A stretch of 62,613 nt of DNA, filler included, from Bonamia ostreae (lineage: Eukaryota): assembly GCA_040357525.1 (NCBI GenBank). It is 34 parts of 34 records of this genome, joined end to end, with 100 filler letters (N's around TTAATTAATTAA, not from the genome) between each part and the next. Parts side by side here need not be neighbours in the genome. Positions count along the whole stretch, not along the records: positions 49,887 to 51,621 come from JBDODL010001385.1; positions 51,722 to 53,456 come from JBDODL010001386.1; positions 53,557 to 55,291 come from JBDODL010001387.1; positions 55,392 to 57,123 come from JBDODL010001388.1; positions 57,224 to 58,953 come from JBDODL010001389.1; positions 59,054 to 60,783 come from JBDODL010001390.1; positions 60,884 to 62,613 come from JBDODL010001391.1; 27 more parts are not named here. One strand, written 5' to 3'. This document shows, piece by piece, positions 51,580 through 62,613 of this stretch. The notes beneath the pieces are model-generated. The model saw only the letters and a list, made by a program, of their open reading frames with translations. It was not told the origin of the DNA and made no database searches. How positions within the stretch are numbered: position 1 is the stretch's first letter; each line of letters begins with the position of its first letter. A program made the translations under genes and the position numbers.

Positions 51580-52364
51580 GTTATTTTTTAGATTCTTTGA
51601 CAAAATCTGCAAAAAAATTTGNNNNNNNNNNNNNNNNNNNNNNNNNNNNNNNNNNNNNNNNNNNNTTAATTAATTAANNNNNNNNNNNNNNNNNNNNNNN
51701 NNNNNNNNNNNNNNNNNNNNNATTCTCAGCACCAACAGACATTATGAGTACCAACAGTAAAGATATCAGTAATTATCAGAACCTATCACCACCAACAACA
51801 CTATAACAGTAATTATCAGCAAATAGCAGCAAAAAACGACAATCTCAGTACATTTTCCGTCCTGTAGTGTAAATGGTATGCCATGGCTAATTATGATGAA
51901 TCTTGGATCATAGTTAAGACCAGGCTACATGTATCATGGCGAAAGTAAAATAAGTTTTTAATAGGAAATATTCATGAAAAAAATGTTGAAATGGATTCAA
52001 CTTGTTTTTCTTTTTTTTTTTCCTCAGTATATTTCATATATTTATTCTTATCAGTCTGCTTCATACTACAAATGTCTACTTTTTTGACAAATTTCATTTG
52101 GATCTGTGCTACTATAGTGCTGTTATCAATGACAAAGAAGCAACCTGATTTTCATATGATTGACACTCTGAATCAAAAGGGGACAAAAGTCCAAAATCTA
52201 GTGATTGACTATGATGCCATTCTCTGAAAACTGATCCGTCTCTTTCTGGTGCCCAGCAGGACGGACACAATCTTACAATCAAAGATATTGTCATTTCACC
52301 ACCTGGGGAGTCACGACCACGCTTAACTGAATATTTAGTTAATAAACTTCGTCATTTTACTGAT

Positions 52365-52736
52365 CTATGAGGACCAGACATATAGGAGAGGTCTTCGTAT
52401 GAATTGTCCGATAATAACCAACTTCCCATTATGGAGAGAAATTAGAAATGTTGCAAACGAGTAAACAGTAGTTGCAATCTGCATAACTGACATGGATAAA
52501 TCATACAAATCAATGCTCCTAATTTGTAAAACATAAATTTCTTGACTTGTTGTAGGAAATTTGATAGGTCTGGGGAGTTTGCTAAACGATGAATTGTTAA
52601 TCCACTTCGAGCACAAAATGTTACGGAAATTGGATCGTAACAAATTTAGATTCTCATTCCCTGCTGCAGAATTCACTAAATCACGCAAAAGTCGAATAAA
52701 GGAATGTCCCAGTATTACTTCCCAGCGCGGCGCCAT
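52365..52736 (-). pseudogene. Degenerate SGNH-hydrolase-like ORF of the type carried by Ngaro/DIRS elements (host)
   Basis: VILGHSFIRLL and YVLQIRSIDL resemble ILGHSFIRRL and ILQIGGNDL. Confidence 0.5.
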
Positions 52737-55506
52737 GTTTGCAGTACAAGCGAAGCACTGTGTCTATTTCTAGACATCAACAACCTGCGGACGATATTTT
52801 TTCCCGTCAAAATGCAAGGCAATTCTCAAAATGATACGCAACGTGGCATGAAAATCTAATTCATGACAATTTATGAACTAAAAGTTTTATTACCTATGTA
52901 AAGTAAACTACATTCTATGTTAACAATTGTTGACAAAATTTTGCAGCTTGTTCGAATGGCGAAAGCATCAAAATGATACGATTACTGTCTTCTGATTGAC
53001 TTAGAAGAAAAAGAAGTACCTCTAAGGAAATGATGACATAATATAGTGATAAAGTGATTAAAGGGTAGTCAATAAATACTACAAATTTGGTATATAAAAC
53101 ATTTAAATGTGCCATTAAATATCATTATTGCAAGGAATTGTCACTTACGTTGCATTCATATCGGGGATACTTTTCAATGCAGTGTTGATAGATGATAATT
53201 CTGTGAACGGTTCCAATTTCATCCCCAGTGAACGGCATATCAAACAAAGTTTGTCTGATTTAGGATTGACATGGTACTTCTCCCAAATGATTAAAATTTC
53301 AACTGCCTGTGATATTTCAATTGTTGACGCTTCGGCATATTTGGAATTCAAGGCAGTTGATATCCTACTTGTGATTGCTGTGTTGAAAAACTAGGGCGAA
53401 AAAAAAAGATATTCGGTGAATAATATCAAACTTAAATATTTATTAATCCCAGAAAGNNNNNNNNNNNNNNNNNNNNNNNNNNNNNNNNNNNNNNNNNNNN
53501 TTAATTAATTAANNNNNNNNNNNNNNNNNNNNNNNNNNNNNNNNNNNNNNNNNNNNTTGTTATAACGAAATGCTTATCTCTTTATAATGATATGACTATT
53601 ATAACGAGATAACGAATGTAAGCTATATCGTTATAGCAACAACAACAAAATAATAACGAAATTTTAACTTGTTATTCAATAATTGTCTTTCAGTTTTGAA
53701 AGTATATGAGATGATATACGAGGTACCTTGAGCTTCTTCACACCGTTTCATCTAGTGCCAACATGCTCCGTGAAATGTATGTCGATGGGAAGAGGCTCAA
53801 GTTTTATCATCTCATATTCTTTCAAAATTCTTATATTTACATAAGCCTTCTCAGGCCATAAACCGAGAATAGACTCAATTGATTACGTATACCTTATACG
53901 GTTTAAACCGTGCGCAAAAAAAGTATATGAGAAAATAGTCTTTAGTTTCAATTCCTAAAAATATTAAGGAAAATATAAATAAACATTTTACGGGATACCG
54001 TACTCGTTATAAAGATTTTTTTTTTCATTCTAGAAAATGAGCCCGTTCGCAACCTAGTAATTTAATTCCTCTATTGTTTATTTGGTTTGAACTTTGGTGC
54101 TCTCAGAAAAATGTCCTTCATTAAAGACGGTGTGAACGAACTTTAATTTGACATATTGTGTTTCTATAATTATTGAGAATATTTTCAAAGAATAGAATAG
54201 AGATTCCTTCTGAACCAAAGTGACCTCAAGCTCCCGATTTTTTTCTTCGGAATTTTGGTATAGGCCTTTGATACTATTGTAGTGCAAGATTCGAAACATA
54301 TTGCATTCAAGTTAAAGTTATTCTACTTTTGTATACCAGTACCTAATGAAATGCTCCAAGTACATGCATTTTGTGTCAGCAATGTTCCAACTTCTCCTTT
54401 AACTGATACTGTGTAATTGTGTCCTCTTTGTAGAAATTGCCCAATATTATAAGGTGTTGGAAGTTTGCTTTTAAATATTTCCTCCGACGTATTCGAACTT
54501 GACGTGATTGTGACATGAAAAGTTTTCATCAGCTTTTTCATATCCTCGTTGATGTATATGACAGTTTTATTTATTTGTACGTGTGAACAATCCAGAACTG
54601 GATCTACAATTCAGTAAAAGATAATTTAGTTTGAACAGCATGCATCCGATCTGATGAATCATAGGTATTTTGATTATATGTCTGGTATTTTTTGGGGTCC
54701 ATGTTTGCCCTACTTTCAATTTTTGTTCTAATTTTTATAGGATCTATGAGCTTGATCACTGTTCATCATCTTAACTCTTTTTCATAACTTATGCAACGTA
54801 AATTATTTGATTTGATCCGAACTGAAAAACAACTTTAAAGTTCATTTTTGACTTGTTTGACTCTTGGATATCAATTTTCCTTATTTGTATACATTGTTTG
54901 CGCCATCTTTGAACGTTGTCAGGGAGAGGGCAAGTTGATTTTTCGAATATAAAGGAATTAAGGACCTATCAGACTAAATTAATGTTGCTAAATCATGTGC
55001 AATACACTGACAAGTAGTTTCAGCTGTACAGATCCAAGAATTGGTAGAAATATAGCACGTGCGTTGGAAAGAGTTTTAAAAACACGGGTCTTATTTTTGA
55101 ACCATTTTCATTCATATTTCTACAACCAAAGTATTTTGTATGCATATTCAATAGTTTTTTGCTGTATTTTTTCATAGACAATATGACATTGGCCACGAAC
55201 ATAAAGTACCAGAGTAATAACGATGTCTAATTTTTGTTGAATTCAACCTCATTCTATTGTGCATGTGACAAATCTAGTACGGCGTTTTATANNNNNNNNN
55301 NNNNNNNNNNNNNNNNNNNNNNNNNNNNNNNNNNNTTAATTAATTAANNNNNNNNNNNNNNNNNNNNNNNNNNNNNNNNNNNNNNNNNNNNCTAAATTTT
55401 TATTAACAATTGCAAAAAAAACGTTCAATCAAAAAACTAAAATTGAAAAATTTCGCTTAAAAAGATATTAAAATATCTAAATTTATATAAAATTCGCAAA
55501 AATTAG

Positions 55507-56928
55507 AACAAACACGGACAGAAAACACATTTCAACTATTGTAAAAGTAGTCAAAAACGTCAAAATCAGTAGAGATTCCACAAAATGGCACACCGAATTT
55601 TCAGTAGAAAAGTCAAAACTGCTCCAAGAATATGAGACCGGTTGCACTCTTTGCGTGGCTCCGAGAAACGATTTTTGGTTGGTCGACAAAATCTGCAGAA
55701 GATTTGGTTGGAACAAAAATCTTGTTTTTTCGATCAAGTCGAATGGCGGTCTTTTGGATTCCCGTTTTTGCACTAAAATTCTCAACCTTTTTAACGAAAA
55801 ATCTGAAAAATTTTTAAAATCTGTAAAATTTAGCCAAAATTTAACAAAAGATTTGAAAGCTTTCGAAAACCCGATGACGATAAAACGTGCTCTTTTGTGG
55901 TATTTTGATTTGACCCATTTCCCAAAAATGTCGCTGATAAAATCTTTGTCAAATTTTGTCGAAGACAAAGCCGAAAAGTCAATTATCGAAAAATTGGCCA
56001 AATTGGACAAAAACGTTTTTTTGCAAAATTTAGAATGAAAAATCGCGCGAAAACTTGGTCAAAGACTTTTCAGTTTTGGGATTATTTAACCAATTCAAAT
56101 CGCTGAAACTGAAATTCGAGGATTTTATATCAATTTTCCCGCGACTGCTGCCACGCGAGTACACTGTTTCTAGCGCTTATAACGTTTCTAGACCAATCTT
56201 AAAATTATTTAGCCAGAGAAAAAAATCGTTTCGGTTACATATTCTCTTGTCGGAGAAGATGAGCCGTTCGGGGTCTGCACGAAATATCTCAAAAACTTGA
56301 GAGCGGAAAAAGACAGCGCCGCCGTTTTTTTGAAACAGTCGTCTTTGAGGCTCCCCCGAAAATTGGATGGCGCCGCTATAATAATGGTTGGCGCTGGATC
56401 GGGATTAGCTCCTTTCAAAGGATTTGTCGAGGTTTTGTTTGATCAGTTTAGCACGGCGCGGCAGAGAAAGAAAGAGCAGGAATCGGAGATTGGTGTTTGT
56501 TTTTCGGGTGCAAAAGCAAGAAGAACGATTTTATTTATGAGAGCGAATTGTTAACGGCAGAAAAATCTGGTTTTTTTCTGGCAGTTACAAAATAAGGCGT
56601 TTTGAAGCATTTGTTTGTGGCGTTTTCTAGAGACCAAATAAATAAAATTTATGTGCAAGATAGAATTAGAGAGAATTCGGGGATCGTTTGGAAGTTGCTG
56701 TGTAAAAGACGATCATTTATTTTTATTTGCGGGTTCCTGATTTTAAATTTTCGAATTTTTTTAATTTAAAAAATCGATAATTCAATAGATCGACAGGAAT
56801 GGGATTAAGCGTAAAAACTGAAATAAAAAGAATAGTTTTAGACAACTTGAAAAGTAGAAAAAAGGCAGATCAATTCATGGAAAAATTGAGAGACGAGAAA
56901 AGAATTGTAAGTGAACTTTGGGGATAAT
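55507..56928 (+). CDS. Diflavin (NADPH-cytochrome P450 reductase-like) oxidoreductase, FAD/NADPH domains
   Basis: Motifs PRLLPREYTVSSA, GVCTKYL, IIMVGAGSGLAPFKGF, LFFGCK, VAFSRDQ..KIYVQD, FICGS and C-terminal ELWG*. Introns at 56015-56033 (19 nt) and 56432-56451 (20 nt), among others. Confidence 0.93.
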
Positions 56929-59900
56929 TAAATTATAAAATTGCTTTTGTAGAATTTTTTAATTGAAAATGAGTTTTGTCTTAATGATTAAAATTGGCAA
57001 AAATTATGAAAAAAGTTGGCAAAAATTTGCAAAATTAATAAATCTTGTCTAAAAATGGTTAAAATTGGCAAAAATTATGAAAAAAGTTGGCAAAATTAAT
57101 AAATCTTGTCTAAAAATGGTTAANNNNNNNNNNNNNNNNNNNNNNNNNNNNNNNNNNNNNNNNNNNNTTAATTAATTAANNNNNNNNNNNNNNNNNNNNN
57201 NNNNNNNNNNNNNNNNNNNNNNNTAAAGAAGTTGAAGAAAAATTGGATAACTTCAAGGATAGGTTTCGGCTCAACAAGAACAGGTTTCTTCCGACAATGA
57301 ACTACACTGAGGAAATGTATCCAAGAACATAAATCGACTACATGACATTGTACAATCTGCTTCAGATGATGAATGGAGCTAATGATTATTTGAAGTATAT
57401 TGTACAAAACCAACGTCAAACATAGCCGTTATCATTGCATTGCTTTTCACAGATAACGAAAGCGTTGACCTATGGAATTTTATTGTTTAATATATGACAA
57501 TTGTACTTATTGCTTTTCATGTCATACAAATACTTTAGTATATAAACTGCCTCTCGGTTTTATTTTAAACAGCTCTTGATAATGTTAGAACAAAATATGG
57601 TCATTTAGCATAAATGATGATGATAGTTAACAATACAGTTAACAATATAGCATTAAATTAAAAACCATCATATGGAATATATAACTTGCATACTAGATAT
57701 TACATGAACTATAGAAAAAGGGCAACCACTCCGAGCTCTAATCATGACCCCCCTCCCCACCCCACCCCACCCCACCAAAAAAAACACAACCCAGAAAAAC
57801 GAATATATGACAAGTAATCAGAATGTTGGCTGTCGAAATGAAGACTTTCTGATAAAAATGATAACAATGATCTACAGAAATGAACCCCACTGTACTATTT
57901 GACGTAACAAAGTTCAACTCGATTGTCTTATTGGATGAAAACTTTCATGATATTTTGTCGTTATTTACCGCCATTATCAAGTATGAAAGCTGTATTTGTG
58001 TAACATCGCTTTTCAGATATTTTGTTAACATCATAAAGGTATCCAAAGTTTGAACTATACTATGCGTTACGGTAATTTCCATACAATACTGTGACCTTGA
58101 AATCGCCCCTAATGTGCATTGACATATGTGATGTGTGTAAACAGTTCCTTAGGGCATGCTAGCGGAAAATGAGGATCATTTGATTATGTGTTGTGTAAAA
58201 CGGGGGTTGGACATATGTGTCTTGCAAATCTTGCTGGGGTGTGCTCTAGTGCTCTTAAAATCAAGCATTGTTTGCGAGATTTGCAATCAAATTTTACGAT
58301 GATCGTCATTTCTAGTAAAATATCAACGATGACGGAATGAAAGAAAATATATCAATAACATAATTACTAACTCAATATCCGATGCAGGTTAAATGCTTAG
58401 CTGAATTCCCACACACGAATGCAAACTGTAACAATTGGCGGTTCAATCCAAAATTTCCTGATCTTATCCAATGTTTACGAGTGCCAATCGAGTATCTACA
58501 TGTAGTACCATTTTATTTACACTGTCTTCGTGATGAAAATTAAAGTTCCTGAGCTTTTATTTCTATAACGTACCATACAAACAGATCATCTAGGTCACAA
58601 GTATCTAGCAAGTAAAAATATACATGTATTACAGAACAGCCCCTTAGAACGACAATGTTAACTCTGCACAATTCACAACCTGACTACATATGTACACATG
58701 TAAATCAAATCAATTCGAACAGAACAAAAACAGTCCTCACTCATGTCACTCTCGATTATATGTCTGCAATCATGTTTTGTTTATGCCTTTTATATTTCTT
58801 ATCAGTATCATACTTTTATAATGACAAACTCCATCAAATGAGTCTCTGATTCTTGTTTGAACATTTCATGCAAAAACTAGGGGAGTTTTGCTATGTAAAA
58901 CAAAAATTGGATGTGCAATAACATTCAACTAGTTATGTTCCCCAAACAAAGTTNNNNNNNNNNNNNNNNNNNNNNNNNNNNNNNNNNNNNNNNNNNNTTA
59001 ATTAATTAANNNNNNNNNNNNNNNNNNNNNNNNNNNNNNNNNNNNNNNNNNNNTCTCATGTAATAAAGATACAAAAGTTTTACCACCAAGAATTAACAAA
59101 TGATGATAAATACAAAATGATCAAAAGGTCTGAACAGCGCATTTATTACCCTTTTTATACAGTACTTACATTTTGATAAAAGTCGGGGATAGGGAGTGGG
59201 TTGATGTTCGGTTCCATTTACAATAGCAAAACTTACTGCTATAGTTTCTTTATTGATATTTTTATTTATCAAAATTTAAGATTATATTTCCTTATGTCTA
59301 TCCAGTGTGTAATTGATGAAATGCAAACATCCAGTAGATAAAAGACTTCTGGAACATTGTTATTGACGACAGCGACAAAGATCGCCATCTTTTTTTTTTT
59401 TTTACTAGTACAGGTATATATAACAGTATCGTTAACAGATCCGGGCCACAGCATACAATGGCAATATGTGTTTTGTTTTTCATTTTAATGCGACATATCA
59501 GTCTTGATTTAACCATAATGATCTTTTGACGTGATTGCAAAGTAAAGCTATCGACAATATATATTTTTCCGGTTTGGCCAATTCACGATGGCTAATAATT
59601 TGATATCAATAGAAAATAAATCTAAATTGACTTTTACATTGTATAACTATAACAAAATTAAGACAGTTATATATTAACACCGACAAATATGTCAAGAAAA
59701 TTATTCAAACAATAAACTTACCCCAAGATCAATACCGATAATGGATGGAAACACACGAGTCTTATCGCTGTTAGGTACGGCAGTATGGATGACAACATGG
59801 GATATAAATACATACATATCCAAATCTCAAAGGTACTATATTGAAGATGCTACCGTGAGAGCTAGCGCAGCTACACATATGTATGCGCGGATCCAGAATT

Positions 59901-60169
59901 TATTCCCAGGGAAGTCAGTTTCATCCCATACATTTCTCTGAGAGTTTGGATCGAGACTAGGGATTAATCTTAGGCATTTTACATATACAGCTTGACCTGC
60001 TTAAAGATAGGCAAATATACTTATTTTCTATAAAACTGAGGGGGTAGTGGGTTCGAAACCTCAATCCCTCTCCTCCTTCATTTGCGCTCCCGATATAACC
60101 TCTGCCTATTGGATTAAGATATTAAATTTAAAAGAAAACGGGAAATATATGTAGTGTATTAAAAATCGA

Positions 60170-60305
60170 GGCCCGCCCGTGCCACGGCTGCGTCATACCA
60201 AAGACGTAAACATACATGTAGGTAGTGTTTCCTCCCTCGCCAAACACGTGGCATTTAGAAGTGAGAATCAATCATGGGTCTTTCGGACAAGACCTTCAAA
60301 ACGTG
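60170..60305 (+). mobile_element. Bivalve SINE fragment (host)
   Basis: GTCATACCAAAGAC...GGCATTTAGAAGTGAGAATCA...GGGTCTTTCGGA..AGACCTT matches a common oyster SINE body as recalled. Confidence 0.6.
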
Positions 60306-60914
60306 CTTTGCATTACTCGATATGCCAAGGATTGAACCTAGTAACTAGATTTGAGTGGTCGTTACATTATGTATTTCTGATGAAAAAATGCAATAAACAG
60401 ACAGTCAATGCTTTAGTTGTATTATGAACTCAAATCATAGACCATGGCGTCACACATTTTCTGACCCTGCCTATCAATTAATATTACTTAAATTTGGTGT
60501 CATGTTGCATTGTATCTTGTTGGCAATCACCACAATAAAATTGAGATGATCTACGTAAGTTTCTAATCTTAGATCAATGAGACGTGGTTTTGTGAGTCTC
60601 CGCCATTTTTATGAAGAACTTCAGGAAATGTGGTGACCAATGAGATTTGCAGCTTCAGACGAATTTTTTTTCGCGCGATTTAATTTTAATATTTATTCAA
60701 GAGCTCGTAGGCCGACTCGCTATAACACTAGTGTAAATGACCAATGGAAGCTTTAATATGTGTATGATACCGTAACAAGTTATNNNNNNNNNNNNNNNNN
60801 NNNNNNNNNNNNNNNNNNNNNNNNNNNTTAATTAATTAANNNNNNNNNNNNNNNNNNNNNNNNNNNNNNNNNNNNNNNNNNNNTTAATGCCCTTTAATTA
60901 AATTTATATAATAC

Positions 60915-61715
60915 CTTAAACACAGCCTTTAGCGAACCATTTAGTCCTATAAAATCGAAATTAGTGTTATCTAATCCAATATCATAGGAATCTGTTATAA
61001 ATGTGTCAATTTTTCGATTATAAATTGAAAATCTTAAGCGAGTTTTGTTAGTTGACTAAAATTATTAATGTAAACTTTAAATAGAATAGCTTTAACACTT
61101 AAGAACACATGATTAGTTTCAAAATTATTTTTATTAAATTTATCACCGCCTTTTTTTTCTAAAACATCAATTATTGATTTATTTTCTTTTCTTTGCTTTA
61201 TGTTTTTAAAAGTCAAACTTTAATTATTTTAGTCCATATAGATTTTTCTTCGATATTTTCAACGTATAAATTTTTGTGCTAAAAATCATTTATAAAACTA
61301 ATTTGAATAAATTTATAATATTGTTTCCTACTTTGACTAGTTTTCCAGAAGGATCTCTTGGTATTGAAAATCCTTCGTTCGTTTTTCCAATATCTTCAAT
61401 TAAAAGAATCATTGCATCGATATATCTTTCCACATAATTTTCATGAATTTTTGGATTGTTAACTTGTTTCCAAATATCCAACAATATGCTTGCTTTTTCT
61501 TTGAATTCATGATATTTCATTACATTATTTTTCTACAATAGTAATTATTGAAAAACAGCTAGACATGATTGTTGAATTCTATTTATTTCTTTCAAAACTA
61601 AATATAGTTCATTCTTTAGGTCTACGATTTAAAATTAATACAGTAAACTTTCCCTTTTTATCAAATTTAATCTATAATAATTTAAATGAAACTCTGACTT
61701 TCTGTTTTCAATCAT
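60915..61715 (-). CDS. DOCK-family GEF N-terminal-like protein (5' part, 5 microintrons)
   Basis: Spliced translation includes NELYLVLKE, IPRDPSGKLV..NIINLFKLH and LRFSIYNRKIDTFITDSY...LKAVFK. Introns of 27, 24, 20 (61279-61298), 23 (61196-61218) and 20 (61056-61075) nt. Confidence 0.7.
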
Positions 61716-62613
61716 TATATGAATATGTGATATATATGTATAAATATTAATCAATAATTATACTCTAAATATTCTTATACATTCGCGCAGTTAAATTATA
61801 TACTTATAATTTAAGGAATGTTATAGACATTTACTATGTCTCATATACCCTGGGGCAGCAGGCTAGTCAATAACGTTTACATTCCCCTGGTTTTATTTAT
61901 TGATTAATACGGACAGGATTCTATTTGCCGTACTTTCGTTCGTTATTGTCTACTTTCGAGTGAGGATAATTAAAATGGTTTACAAAAATAAAATGATTAT
62001 ACATATGTTTATTTATAACCAAATATAGTATTTTGACTGAAAACTGTTTAAATTTGTATTTTTATATAAAAATCAGAATCGCAAATAAGGCAAATAATAG
62101 AATATAGGCAATTGAATTTATCGAATGGCAATCGAATAATGTATATAAAATCTATATGGAGACATTAGGAACCTTTCACTTGACGAATTTTTGTTTTCGT
62201 ATATTGATTTTTGTTAAGTTATTTTAGTCCATTTTTTATTTAGGAATCATCTCTCGAGACATTTCTTGAATATAATACTTCTGAACTTGTAATAGTTGAT
62301 AAGACTTCTGAACTTGCATTAGTAAATCTCTTATTATTCTCCTTTGATTAGTTGTAGTAAATTTTTGTATGCTTTAAGCATGTAGAGTACTGTTCGCGAT
62401 ACTGTTCCTTTATTCCAGCACATGTATAATTGTTCGATTTTAATTTTTTTAATCTAGTTGGGTTTTAGTTATTTCACGTATTAATGATATAAGACACATC
62501 TTCTTGTTATTTTAGGTCTGATGTAATTAGTAGTTGTGTGCCTAATTCATGTTTCTTGTACGCATACTACGTCATAGTTTCCCGATTTTAATTTAAAACC
62601 TTTATATTTTTAT

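Overview
This window is not a contiguous chromosome. It is a pseudo-scaffold of 34 unrelated contigs (about 1.76 to 1.73 kb, sorted by decreasing length), joined by 33 artificial 100-nt linkers (44 N + TTAATTAATTAA + 44 N). Two eukaryotic genomes are mixed. About 20 contigs come from a compact, AT-rich, gene-dense protist. They encode myotubularin, CAP-H, a USP, PABP, a calmodulin-like protein, U1-70K, glutaredoxin, a C2H2 zinc finger, Nup54, TAF7, RAD50, G-alpha, TNPO3, biotin ligase, KAE1, RRP9, DDB1, a formin, RCL1, a diflavin reductase and a DOCK-like protein. About 13 contigs look like gene-poor bivalve (oyster-like) DNA with Penelope-like, BEL/Pao, SINE, MITE and Ngaro-type remnants and ordinary GTA-type donors. 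By inference this is an oyster parasite (an ascetosporean such as Bonamia) co-assembled with its host. Most striking features of the protist: (i) many 19-25-nt GT-AG microintrons with GTTT(T) donors and A-rich acceptors lacking a polypyrimidine tract, even though U1-70K is retained; (ii) longer introns built from tandem minisatellites; (iii) a two-copy tRNA-headed (Pol III A/B box) non-coding element, one copy nested in a DDB1 intron; (iv) a secreted cysteine-repeat protein, an AGC pseudokinase and an FG-less Nup54. All gene models were spliced by hand and family calls come from recalled motifs; no database search was run.
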